Shown here: piece by piece, positions 10,259 through 20,600 of the stretch
How positions within the stretch are numbered: the first letter of the stretch is position 1
How the letters are laid out: each line of letters opens with the position of its first letter
DNA from: a virus
Strand: one strand, 5' to 3'
IMG/VR virus record: IMGVR_UViG_3300006793_000017
Location: 27,814-91,813 of that record
DNA: 64,000 nt
Position numbers and translations under genes: made by a program
Notes under the pieces: model-generated
Databases searched by the model: none
Seen by the model: only the letters and a program-made list of their open reading frames with translations
What the model was told of the DNA's origin: nothing

Positions 10259-11887
10259 ATGGCACTAGCATTTCCAAACAGTCCTTTAGTAGGAGACCAA
10301 TATACAAGCGGTGGCGTTACATGGCAATGGAACGGTACAACTTGGGATATCGTTATCTCTGGTGGAGGCGGTGGAGGCGGTGGTTCAAGCCTATCATTTG
10401 CTACTATTGCAGTATCAGGACAAGATAACGTTTCAGCAGATAGTGGAGCAGATACACTAACACTAGTTGCTGGTGCAGGAATGTCTATCACTACAAATGC
10501 TAGTACAGATACAGTTACACTAACATCAAGCGGCGGCGGAGCAGGCGGAAATATATTTTCAACTATTTCAACTGATACAGGTGCAGATGTTGTAGCAGAT
10601 GCTTCAACAGATACATTAACACTTACAGGTGGAACAAATATTCAATCAGTAGGTGATGCAGCATTAGATAAAGTAACGCTTGATATGATTCCTTTTTCAA
10701 TTGATTTTTTATCAGATGTAGATACTACAACAACAGTACCAACAACAGGACAAGTTCTAAAGTGGAACGGTACATCTTGGGTGCCAGGTGTTGATAGTAC
10801 AACAGGTGGCGCAGGTACTGATGCAGATACACTAGATGGTTTTGACAGTTCATACTTTTTAAATTATAATAACCTAAGTAACAAACCTAGTTTATTAGCA
10901 CTTACAGCCTTAAGCGTTGGTGCTAATGCAACAGCATCGGGTAACGGTGGACTTGCATATGATGATTCAACAGGTGTGTTTACTTACACACCACCTAATC
11001 TTACAAGTTTCTTAACAAGTGTAGCATTTACTGACATAACAAGTAAACCAACTACAATTGCAGGTTACGGAATTACAGATGCTTTCGATGGAGCATATAG
11101 CTCACTTACAGGTACACCAAGTATTCCATCAAATAACAATCAGTTAATTAACGGTGCAGGATACATTACAGGAATTGGTTCATTGTCTATTGATGCACTA
11201 AGTGATGTTGACACAACAACTGCTGCACCAACAAGCGGACAAGTACTTTCTTGGAACGGCAGTAACTGGGCACCTTCAGCATCCGGCGGTGGTGGAGATG
11301 TAAACCAAAATGCGTTCTCTACTATTATGGTAGCAGGACAAAGTGATGTTGTAGCAGACAATCCAACTGACACACTAACACTTACAGCCGGTACAAACAT
11401 TACACTTACAACAAACGCAAGTGGCGATAGTGTTACTATTACAGCATCAGGTGGCGGAGCAACAGACTTTGACGACTTAGGTGATGTAACATCAGCAGGA
11501 TTAAAAGTTTCAGATGTTTACTTGCCAGCAATTACACAATTGGTTGTTGGACACTCAGGTACTTCGTCATATAGTTTTGATCAATATTCTGGGGGCAATC
11601 CTACAATTTATGCAATTAGCGGAACAACTATTGCATTTAACTTACAGGGTGTTTCATCAAGTCATCCATTCCAAATTCAAAACGCAGCAGGTTCAGCATA
11701 CGATACAGGACTAGTACATGTAACAGATACTGGAACAGTAACTACAGGTTCTAGTGCAAATGCAAGAACTGGTGGAATATTATATTGGAAAGTTCCTGAA
11801 GGAATATCAGGTGGTTACAGATATCAGTGTACTAGCCACGCTGCTATGGTAGGTTCAATTAATATTAAGAGTTTTGGTTCAATCTAG
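10259..11887 (+). CDS. Tail fibre-like structural protein with C-terminal cupredoxin-like domain
   Basis: MALAFPNSP start, repeated DTLTLxAG modules, QVLKWNG, DADTLDG; C-term HPFQI...YQCTSHAAM. Confidence 0.7.
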   Translation: MALAFPNSPLVGDQYTSGGVTWQWNGTTWDIVISGGGGGGGGSSLSFATIAVSGQDNVSADSGADTLTLVAGAGMSITTNASTDTVTLTSSGGGAGGNIFSTISTDTGADVVADASTDTLTLTGGTNIQSVGDAALDKVTLDMIPFSIDFLSDVDTTTTVPTTGQVLKWNGTSWVPGVDSTTGGAGTDADTLDGFDSSYFLNYNNLSNKPSLLALTALSVGANATASGNGGLAYDDSTGVFTYTPPNLTSFLTSVAFTDITSKPTTIAGYGITDAFDGAYSSLTGTPSIPSNNNQLINGAGYITGIGSLSIDALSDVDTTTAAPTSGQVLSWNGSNWAPSASGGGGDVNQNAFSTIMVAGQSDVVADNPTDTLTLTAGTNITLTTNASGDSVTITASGGGATDFDDLGDVTSAGLKVSDVYLPAITQLVVGHSGTSSYSFDQYSGGNPTIYAISGTTIAFNLQGVSSSHPFQIQNAAGSAYDTGLVHVTDTGTVTTGSSANARTGGILYWKVPEGISGGYRYQCTSHAAMVGSINIKSFGSI

Positions 11888-12147
11888 CATTTAAGATCTT
11901 TCAATCTTTTATCAAGCATTTTTCTAACAACAGCAATGTCCTGACGTTGTTCTGTTGCTTGTGTCATAGCCTTTGCATCATATGCAAGGTTTGCATGAAC
12001 TTCATCTAATTTTTTTACTACATTAATAAGTTTTTCAAGCAGTCCGTTGCATTGCGCTTTCTCTGCTTCGTCGAGTACGTTTTGAATTCTTTCATGAAAA
12101 TCTCTAACGTCTTTTTGAAATCTAGGTTCTTCAGATAGTATTAGCAT
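11884..12147 (-). CDS. Hypothetical helical protein
   Basis: ORF overlapping neighbours, coiled-coil-like. Confidence 0.55.
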   Translation of the reverse strand: MLILSEEPRFQKDVRDFHERIQNVLDEAEKAQCNGLLEKLINVVKKLDEVHANLAYDAKAMTQATEQRQDIAVVRKMLDKRLKDLKC

Positions 12148-12520
12148 CTTTGTGTAACTCCAAAATAGTTTCTATTTTTGTTCTTATTAGATTATTATTT
12201 AATGTGTTTCTAAGTCCAGTATGTAAATTCTTGGGCAAGTAATTTAAATCACACCAACTCATTGTATTTGCTTTTGTAGTTAAAAATTCTTTCTTTACTA
12301 AACAAATATAAGTTCCGTATTCAAAACCTTTATCTTGGCTCAAATACAATTCAATAGGAACAATTTTACCTTTAGAAAAATCTTCTTGTAATTCTAAACT
12401 GTCATCAATTACAGAAGTTTTTCTTGCAAACGTAGGAACAGACCACTTTTCATTCTCTAAGATTAGTAGTATTCGTTGAGTGTCTGTTGACAGATATAGT
12501 ATTCCTGCTCTCTTTTGCAT
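12131..12520 (-). CDS. Degenerate Nudix-fold-like protein
   Basis: AGILYL..RILLIL..W.VP N-terminus and W....LPK.LH.GL C-terminus resemble Nudix fold but REUxEE box absent; TAAGTA-N5-ATG. Confidence 0.4.
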   Translation of the reverse strand: MQKRAGILYLSTDTQRILLILENEKWSVPTFARKTSVIDDSLELQEDFSKGKIVPIELYLSQDKGFEYGTYICLVKKEFLTTKANTMSWCDLNYLPKNLHTGLRNTLNNNLIRTKIETILELHKDANTI

Positions 12521-12528
12521 TAAAATAC

Positions 12529-14025
12529 TTATGCTGGGTTAGGGTCAATTCTCCAATAACCTGGCGAGTATTCACCTTCGAATGATTTAAGCCATTCAGT
12601 ACCCGTCCATTTATATTGGATGCCTGTTTTTAAATTTTGGAAATATGTTGGATTTGCTAGTGTGTTTGGATCAGCTAATGTAACCCAGTTTGTACCATTC
12701 CATTCAATAATAGCATTGGCTACAATAATAGGGTCTTCACCTGTTGTTCCTTTCCATGCATCAGGACCATCATACGCTTCATTGTATGGAGTTTCTCTAT
12801 AACTTTGTCCAACGTTATCACTATCGTTAATATTATCAAGAACTAGATATCGTGTACCTAGTGGTATTGCTGTATAACTTCCCCATTTCTCAATAGGATT
12901 AAACTTGTAAGGATCAATAATAGCATCAACAGTAGCACGGGCAGCAACGCCATTTACAGTTGAAGCAATAGTAGTATTAGTTGGAATAGTATCTTGATCA
13001 AATGTTATTAACAATACTTTAGGGTTAGAAGGATTAACAGCATACGATCCAACCATTTCAAATCCTGTAGGCTGTCTAAAGTATATTCTTGCTCCTGCTT
13101 TAAATCCGCCTAATCTATCTAACACAGCATTCCAATCAATTTCTGTAGTTTTACTTTTTTGTTCTTTAACATCAATTCCTAAAGCATTTACTGCTTCATC
13201 ATCGTCTACAATAGTTAAGTCATAATCGAATGGTTGATTGTTGTTTGATTTAAACAATAACACACCGTAACGTGCATTCATGTATTGAGTAGATTGTGCT
13301 GTTGTAGCATCATAAACTAAGTCATTTAAATTTGCTACATCACCAGTCTCTGTAAATATGTTTGCAATAACACTTCTAACAACTCCAAGTTTTTTAACTT
13401 TAGTTGGCGGAGAAATGTATATTGGCATTGTAAATTCTAGTGTGCATACATCAATGTCGTCGTCAACTCCTGTAGGCACGTTACGTGATGTAAAGTTAGT
13501 TGATTCTAAATTAATTACACTTAAACTGGTCCAGTCAATATAGTTGTCTGTTGTTTGAATAGCCATAGATGGATTAAACAACACTAATATTTGTTCTAGT
13601 ATTTGTAATTTTTGATCTGTATTAGAAGTCCAAATATCTGCTTTCATTGTTAAGATAAAAGGAGTAGGCATAAGTCTTTCAACAGTGTATGCGTTACCTT
13701 GTGCGCCTGTGTAGTTAGGCTCACCTGTGCTTTCGTCAAATGTAAAGTCTCTTTCTCTTACACTCATTTTACTAACAAATGAAGGATCAGTTAAACGATC
13801 TCTATCAATTTGCAATCCTGAAATGTAACAAGACATACGAGGAACAGTAGGTAACTTGTTCTCAGAATTTTCTCTGATAATTGAAGCAACCTGTCTTGTA
13901 AGATCACCATACATAACAGGAATTGTTTGCTGAGTTTTATCACCTGCTTCATATTTAAAGCCTATGAAAGCTCTCATAAACTGAGTTACGTATCTTCTTA
14001 TTTGTCCGTCGTAAAAGAAATCCAT
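12529..14025 (-). CDS. Tail terminator / sheath stabiliser (T4 gp15-like)
   Basis: FFYDGQIRRY..F, IPVMYG, PRMS, QILEQILVLFNP, LEFTMP. Confidence 0.75.
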   Translation of the reverse strand: MDFFYDGQIRRYVTQFMRAFIGFKYEAGDKTQQTIPVMYGDLTRQVASIIRENSENKLPTVPRMSCYISGLQIDRDRLTDPSFVSKMSVRERDFTFDESTGEPNYTGAQGNAYTVERLMPTPFILTMKADIWTSNTDQKLQILEQILVLFNPSMAIQTTDNYIDWTSLSVINLESTNFTSRNVPTGVDDDIDVCTLEFTMPIYISPPTKVKKLGVVRSVIANIFTETGDVANLNDLVYDATTAQSTQYMNARYGVLLFKSNNNQPFDYDLTIVDDDEAVNALGIDVKEQKSKTTEIDWNAVLDRLGGFKAGARIYFRQPTGFEMVGSYAVNPSNPKVLLITFDQDTIPTNTTIASTVNGVAARATVDAIIDPYKFNPIEKWGSYTAIPLGTRYLVLDNINDSDNVGQSYRETPYNEAYDGPDAWKGTTGEDPIIVANAIIEWNGTNWVTLADPNTLANPTYFQNLKTGIQYKWTGTEWLKSFEGEYSPGYWRIDPNPA

Positions 14026-15404
14026 TAATCGTCTGCCTTGGGTCTAAGAGCTTTACTCAAACTCTGTTTCTCTTCAATTTGTTTACCACCTATATTATTA
14101 ACTGTTGTGTTGTTAATAAATGAATCCTTACCTTTACTTATTGCAGGATCGTGTCCAGCAAAATCTTTACCTGCACCTACTTGACTTGGACCTAAGTTAC
14201 TTCTTGTCATTCTTACATCATCTTCAGTTTTTCTCCAACGTATTCCGTCAAATCTAAACAAGCGTGTAGGTTTGTAATCAGTACGTAAGTGAAATTGTCC
14301 TTCAATAGGATTGAGAGGAAATGCTATACCTTGTGTAAACGGTGCACCATTTTCTGGTAACCCGTCACCAATTAGATAACCTTTATATGCATTACCTTCT
14401 GGTGTTTGGTATGCAGTGTCAGCAGTAACAGACATATAAACTTCGTTACCTTTGTCATCAAGTAATGTATTACCATCTTTGTCTGTACTAGGAATTAGTA
14501 AGTCATCACTGTCAGCTGTAACAAGTTCTGTGTTACCTTGATTGTCAGTTTGCATAGTATAAAATCTACTAGTGTCATAACCTGACTCTGGTGAATCTGC
14601 TTCAGCTTGATCAAGTACCGCTTGTGTAACTTGCATTTCTTTTTCATACGTACTCATAATATCTTTGAGTGTATCTGCAAGTTTGTAATAAGTTGAGTTA
14701 GGTGGTTCAACACCTGTAACTTCTGATATAACTTGATACTTTTCACCATTAGGAGCAATAACTATATCTCCTGGGAAGTAAGTTGACTCAGCATTCCAAG
14801 TACCTTTTAGTGCTTCTTGGTCTGCTATACCATCTAAAATTTGTTTGAATTCTTGTGAATCTACTAATGGTTTACACTTTGCTCTGTACAAGTGTGGATA
14901 CCATGTATTTGAAAATCCTTCTGCTGCACGATTAACATCTTCAATTACATAAAAACGTTTTAGTGCATAATTTAAATCATTAAGAGCATGTTCGTCATCT
15001 AAGTGAGGCAATTCAATAACATCGCCTGACATAATTTTTCTACCTAGTTTTTCGACAGTATCATTAATATGAAATGTAATAAACACTGTATCATTTTGTA
15101 GAAATAAGCCAAACTGACTTAGATTAAAATCAATGTCTTGTACATTATATACACCACGTAATCTGTAAACATCTGGATCATACTTGCGATCTCTATTTTC
15201 TAAGAACAGCATATCCTGAATATTTGTAGGATCATCTGTACTATATGTTGGTGTTGATGGTGTGTTTTCCTGTGAATTTCCTGGGCCTATGTACTTGTGT
15301 ACTAATACATCGGTACCGCCCACTTGGAACATTTCCCAAACGGTTTTATCTTGAAATTTGTAATCGTTCCCTTTTTCGGGTCTATATAAACTGAGTCTTG
15401 GCAT
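14025..15404 (-). CDS. Neck / head-closure protein (T4 gp14-like)
   Basis: LSQFGL, GDVIELP motifs; adjacent to gp13/gp15-like genes. Confidence 0.6.
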   Translation of the reverse strand: MPRLSLYRPEKGNDYKFQDKTVWEMFQVGGTDVLVHKYIGPGNSQENTPSTPTYSTDDPTNIQDMLFLENRDRKYDPDVYRLRGVYNVQDIDFNLSQFGLFLQNDTVFITFHINDTVEKLGRKIMSGDVIELPHLDDEHALNDLNYALKRFYVIEDVNRAAEGFSNTWYPHLYRAKCKPLVDSQEFKQILDGIADQEALKGTWNAESTYFPGDIVIAPNGEKYQVISEVTGVEPPNSTYYKLADTLKDIMSTYEKEMQVTQAVLDQAEADSPESGYDTSRFYTMQTDNQGNTELVTADSDDLLIPSTDKDGNTLLDDKGNEVYMSVTADTAYQTPEGNAYKGYLIGDGLPENGAPFTQGIAFPLNPIEGQFHLRTDYKPTRLFRFDGIRWRKTEDDVRMTRSNLGPSQVGAGKDFAGHDPAISKGKDSFINNTTVNNIGGKQIEEKQSLSKALRPKADD

Positions 15405-15448
15405 CGTATAACTATTTACCTAAAGTTGCGAAAGGCATAAATACTTAT

Positions 15449-16207
15449 ATGAGCCAAATAGAAACAGCAAAACAAGAAGTATTCGACTATTGTAAAGCAA
15501 TGCTAGGCGATGGAATGATCGATGTCGAGCTAGATCCTATTCACTATGATACAGGACTAAAACGTGCTTTAGGTGTTTTTCGACAGCGAAGCGACAATGC
15601 CGTTGAAGAAAGTTACATAACACTTACGCTAGAAAAAGATAAAAACGAATATATTTTGCCACATGAAATACAGCAAGTAAGGCAGATATATAGAAGAAGT
15701 GTTGGTAGTAGAACAGGTAACGGTACAGGCGGTACAGTGTTTGAACCTTTCAACTTAGCATACACTAATACATATTTGTTAAGCTCAACTAACATGGGCG
15801 GACTTGCAACTTATGAATTATTTGCACAGTATCAAGAACTTGTTGGAAAGATGTTTGGATCGTTTATCAATTTTACTTGGAATCCTCAAAGTAAAAAGTT
15901 AATTATTATGCAGCGTCCAAGAGGAGAAGAACAAGTACTTCTTTGGGCATATAATGAAAAGCCTGACTATACAATTTTACAAGATGTATATGCAGGGCAA
16001 TGGATTAAAGATTATACACTAGCAAACTGTAAAGTAATGTTAGGACAAGCAAGAGAGAAATTTGCAAGTATTGCAGGTCCACAGGGCGGTACAGCTCTAA
16101 ACGGACCATCGTTAAAAGCAGAAGGTACAGCAGATTTAGAAAGACTAACAATGGAACTTACAACTCAAGTTCCGGGTGGTCACGGTTATAGTTGGGTTAT
16201 AGGATAA
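15449..16207 (+). CDS. Neck / head-tail adaptor (T4 gp13-like)
   Basis: LG.GMIDVEL, WIKDYTLA..K..LG..R.KF, PQGG..LNG; start set at TAAATA-N5-ATG. Confidence 0.78.
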   Translation: MSQIETAKQEVFDYCKAMLGDGMIDVELDPIHYDTGLKRALGVFRQRSDNAVEESYITLTLEKDKNEYILPHEIQQVRQIYRRSVGSRTGNGTGGTVFEPFNLAYTNTYLLSSTNMGGLATYELFAQYQELVGKMFGSFINFTWNPQSKKLIIMQRPRGEEQVLLWAYNEKPDYTILQDVYAGQWIKDYTLANCKVMLGQAREKFASIAGPQGGTALNGPSLKAEGTADLERLTMELTTQVPGGHGYSWVIG

Positions 16208-16509
16208 TGAAAGCAGAAGAATTTATGTGGGAAGGCGAAGAACTATACGACGGTATGGTTTGGGGCAGAGGTAAGTCTACTGCAAGAGGCGGAACAGTTA
16301 AAATGAAGTTCCGTTGTCCATCAGGCCCACGCAAAAGCAGACAGGTATCACACCCGTCCAAATGTTGGGATCATCCTAACATTGCACAAGCACAACGTAT
16401 GAAAACTACTCGTGCTAGAACTGGCCCTCAACAGGCTAGACGTCAGTCACGTACCAAAAATATCAATACAGCAACTCGTTTGGTAAGAAGACTTAATAAA
16501 TTCAAATAA
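16207..16509 (+). CDS. Small basic protein with acidic N-terminal leader (putative internal head protein)
   Basis: MKAEEFMWEGEE then strongly Arg/Lys-rich; TAATG coupling to gp13. Confidence 0.55.
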   Translation: MKAEEFMWEGEELYDGMVWGRGKSTARGGTVKMKFRCPSGPRKSRQVSHPSKCWDHPNIAQAQRMKTTRARTGPQQARRQSRTKNINTATRLVRRLNKFK

Positions 16510-16514
16510 AATAC

Positions 16515-16543
16515 TTGACATTCACTGTCTATCCTAGTATACT
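16515..16543 (+). promoter_or_regulatory. Sigma70-type early promoter
   Basis: TTGACA-17 nt-TATACT, followed by AGGAG. Confidence 0.8.
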
Positions 16544-16573
16544 GTAAAGTATATTAACTAGGAGAGTATATTT

Positions 16574-17194
16574 GTGATTATTGGTGTATGTGGTTTTATC
16601 GGTAGCGGCAAAGACACTGTCGCTGATTATCTAGTAAACTTTCACGAATTTAGAAGAGAAAGTTTTGCTGATACATTAAAAGATGCAGTTGCAGCAGTGT
16701 TTGGATGGGACCGAACTTTACTTGAAGGAAGAACAAAAGAAGCACGTGAATGGCGTGAAGAAGTAGATCCTTGGTGGGCAGAAAGACTTGGAATGCCAAC
16801 ATTAACACCAAGGTGGGTATTGCAATATTGGGGTACTGAAGTGTGCCGTAAGAGCTTTCATGATGATATTTGGATTGCTAGTTTAGAGAACAAAATACGT
16901 AATTCTAAAGATGATATTATTGTAAGTGATGTACGTTTTCCTAATGAAGTAAAAGCAATTAAGAATCAAAATGGTAAGATGATATGGGTACAACGTGGAC
17001 GTTTGCCTAAATGGTATGACACAGCACTTGAAGCAAATGCAGGTAGTAATATAGCAATTAATGATCTAAAAGTACAGAAAGTACATGCTTCAGAATGGGC
17101 TTGGGTAGGTACTAAATTTGACCATACTATTCACAATGATATGAAAATTGACGACTTATATAACGAAGTAAAAGCTCTAGTAGTCAGCAGTTAA
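16574..17194 (+). CDS. Deoxynucleoside monophosphate kinase (T4 gp1-like)
   Basis: GFIGSGKDT P-loop, SFADTLK, TPRWVLQYWGTE, SDVRFPNE, HASE. Confidence 0.9.
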   Translation: MIIGVCGFIGSGKDTVADYLVNFHEFRRESFADTLKDAVAAVFGWDRTLLEGRTKEAREWREEVDPWWAERLGMPTLTPRWVLQYWGTEVCRKSFHDDIWIASLENKIRNSKDDIIVSDVRFPNEVKAIKNQNGKMIWVQRGRLPKWYDTALEANAGSNIAINDLKVQKVHASEWAWVGTKFDHTIHNDMKIDDLYNEVKALVVSS

Positions 17195-17512
17195 GTCGCC
17201 CTGTTTCCATTTAATACCTTCTTTAGAAAGCACAGAAATACAGTTAGCACACACTGTCTTTAGATTGCTGTGCCTACAGTTATCTAAGTTTCCATCTAAA
17301 TGAAGTACTCTAAATACTTCAGGATGTGGTGACTTAAATCCACATTTATCACATGCTGACTTTTGTTTATATCCAGCACGAGCCCATCTAGGTACACCTG
17401 TGTATTGTCCGTGATTATTACAAACTTCACACAGACTCCTATAGTAGGTACGCTTACCTTTCTTATAGTTAACAGCACGTGGCCGTAATCCGCACTTACA
17501 AAGAGGTCTCAT
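17177..17512 (-). CDS. Zinc-finger HNH-like protein
   Basis: Multiple CxxC pairs, HLDGN...NL.TVCANC; TAAATA-N5-ATG. Confidence 0.65.
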   Translation of the reverse strand: MRPLCKCGLRPRAVNYKKGKRTYYRSLCEVCNNHGQYTGVPRWARAGYKQKSACDKCGFKSPHPEVFRVLHLDGNLDNCRHSNLKTVCANCISVLSKEGIKWKQGDLTADY

Positions 17513-17643
17513 GCTAGTATTTACACCTTTTCAACCCCTTTTTCTAATGGTTAAACCGGGTAAATTTTATAAGATGTGCTAAATACAATTGCAACAAGTT
17601 TACGTAATAGACTGATACGAAAATATTACCAGGAGATAAAAAG

Positions 17644-20600
17644 ATGGCATTAACATCACCAGGCGTAGAAGTAACAGTAATAGACGAGTCGTTTTATACC
17701 CCAGCAGAGCCTGGTACAACTCCTCTAATTGTTATTGCTTCATCGCAAGATAAATTAAACGCAGCGGGAACGGCTACAGCAGCTGGAACGCTAAAAGCTA
17801 ACGCAGGTAAAGCGTACAAAGTTACCTCACAGAAAGAATTAGTAGATCTTTTTGGTGTACCAACATTCAAAAAGACAGCGAGCAACACTCCGATACACGG
17901 AAGCGAATTAAACGAATATGGATTGCTTTCAGCATATTCATTATTAGGCGTTTCAAATTCAGCTTTTGTTGTACGTGCAGATGTTGACTTAGACGAATTA
18001 GAAGGTTCTACAACTGCTCCGGGAGCGAATCCAGCAGACGGAAAGTGGTGGATCAACAGCGGTTCAAGTGCTTTTGGAATTCAAGAGTGGAACGGAGCAG
18101 CAGTTACCACAACAGGTGGTCAGAAGTTTGCTTCTAAAACACCTATCGTTTTAACAGACGATGATGCATCAAAAATTGATAATGGTGCACCTAAAACATC
18201 CGTTGGTGCTATTGGCGACTACGCAGTAGTATTTGAAACAGTTGACGGAAGCGGTTCATTTAGTGCAAGTAAAGAAAATGCAACTATGTGGTATAAATCC
18301 GCAGGTAACGGTTCAACTGTAACACAAGGTTCTTGGGTTAAAGTAGGTAGCAATGATTGGACAGCTAGCCATCCAACAATTATTGGTACTGCAATGACAG
18401 CAAGTTCAGGAAACTTTACTATTAACGGAACAAATTTCCAAATAACTGGCACATTAGATGACTTGGTAACAGCTATTAACGGTGCTATTACAGAAACACA
18501 AGGAATTGTTGCAAGAAATGTAAGCGGTAGACTTTATCTTTATTCAGATGGTAGTTTAGATGACGGTGTAGGTGATTCATCCAAGTCAAATGCTATTATT
18601 ATTGATGACGGTTTAAGTAGCCCACAAGTTACTTTTGCAGACTTAGGTGTTGCAAAAGGAACATACTACGGACCAGAACTACACATTGCACCACATACAA
18701 GTGTTCCAGAATTTAAAACTGGTGACTCAACACCACGTCCAACAGGAAGTGTATGGGTTAAAACAACTGAGCCAAACAACGGCGCACGTTGGAGAGCAAG
18801 TAAGTGGTCAGCAGCTACTCTTTCATGGGTATCATATACTGCACCATTATATGCTAACAACTCATCTGCACTTTATACATTAGATAGAGCAGGCGGTGGT
18901 GTTAACATTCCAACAGATAGTTTATATGTACAAACTAACGCAGAAGAAAATAGCGGATATGACGAAAGTCCAATGACTGCTTCTTTCAGAGTGTTTAGAA
19001 GAGCTGCAACTGGAGTAACAAAAATTACTTCAGCAGTAGTAGACGCAAGTACATTTACTGTAGGTGGAAACACATTTACAATTGCAGAAAGTGTTAAAAC
19101 TTCTGGAGCATTAGCAGCTGGTATAGCAGTGAACTTTACAGCAGCAGGTAATGCAGCAGATGCAGAATTAATGGCAGGTGCTATTAACAGCGCAGGCTTT
19201 ACTAACATTGAAGCAGCAGTAACAAGTTCAAACACAGTAGAAATTATGCACAAATTAGGCGGTGATTTTAGAATTACTGACGGAACTAATACTCCAGTAG
19301 GTGCTGCATTTACTGTATTCAATATTAACACAGGTTTAGGAACAGCAAACTTTTACACTGCACCAGCAGGCGCAAGTGAAAACTATGTTGCTTCTAACTG
19401 GAAGCCTTTAGCAGCAGATGATTTTGCAGCATCAAGTAACGCTCCATTAGCTGAACCAGCAGATGGACAACTTTGGTACAATCCAGAGTTTAGTGATGTT
19501 GACATGATGATCCACAATGGTACTACTTGGGTAGGTTACCATAACTTTAGTTCAGGATACGCTAACTGTTCACCAGATGGACCAATTGTTTCAGCAACTG
19601 AGCCAAAAGCATCATCAGGTCAAAGCGATGGTACTGCACTAGTAGATGGAGACCTTTGGATTTCAACTGCAAGTTTAGAAGACTTCCCAACAATTTACAG
19701 ATGGGACGGTAATAACCTAGCATGGGTACTTGTTGATAAAACAGATCAAACAACAGAAGACGGCGTATTGTTTGCAGATGCACGTTACGGTCTAGCAGGT
19801 TCTACTGGTAACACAGCAGCAACTATTAAAGACTTACTAACTAACAACTACTTAGATCCAGATGCTCCAGATCCAGCACTATATCCAAAAGGAATGTTGC
19901 TATGGAACTTACGTAGAAGTGGCGGTAACGTTAAGAAGTACAACAACAACTATATTGACTTAACAGCTGATAACACACGCTTTGGCGACGAAGCAATGAC
20001 AAGTTATGCTACAGACAGATGGTCAACACAATCAGGCAACCAAGAAGATGGTAGCGGATCATTTGGTAGACATGCACAGCGTATGGTAGTTGTACAAGCA
20101 CTTAAATCAGCAATTGATACAAGCTCAGAAATTAGAGATGAAGAAACAAGAAACTTTAACTTAATTTCATGTCCTGGATACACAGAAACAATGAGCAATC
20201 TTGTTAACTTAAACATTGACAGAGGCTTAACAGCATTTGTTATTGGTGACACACCATTAAGATTAGCAGCAGATGCAACTTCATTGTTAGCATACGGATC
20301 AAACAGTGCATTAGTTGTTGACAATAACGACAACGGACTTGTAACATACGATGAATACTTAGGTGCGTTTTATCCAAATGGATTTACAACTGACTTAGGT
20401 GGCGCAAACGCAGTTGTTCCAGCATCACACATGATGATGAGAACTATTGCACTAAGTGACCAAGTATCGTTTCCATGGTTTGCTCCAGCAGGAACAAGAC
20501 GTGGTGGAATTAGCAACGCTACATCAGTAGGATATATTGATTCAGCAACAGGCGAATTCCAAACAGTTGCACTTAATGAAGGTCAAAGAGATACACTGTA

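Noticed and set aside
17177-17512. Mobile homing endonuclease
   Set aside because: Short, final HNH His absent, integrated under the late leaderless promoter; more likely a domesticated gene
17604-17630. Hammerhead-like CTGATA..CGAAA in the sheath leader
   Set aside because: Only one stem (GTAATA/TATTAC); lacks CUGAUGA core and three-way junction
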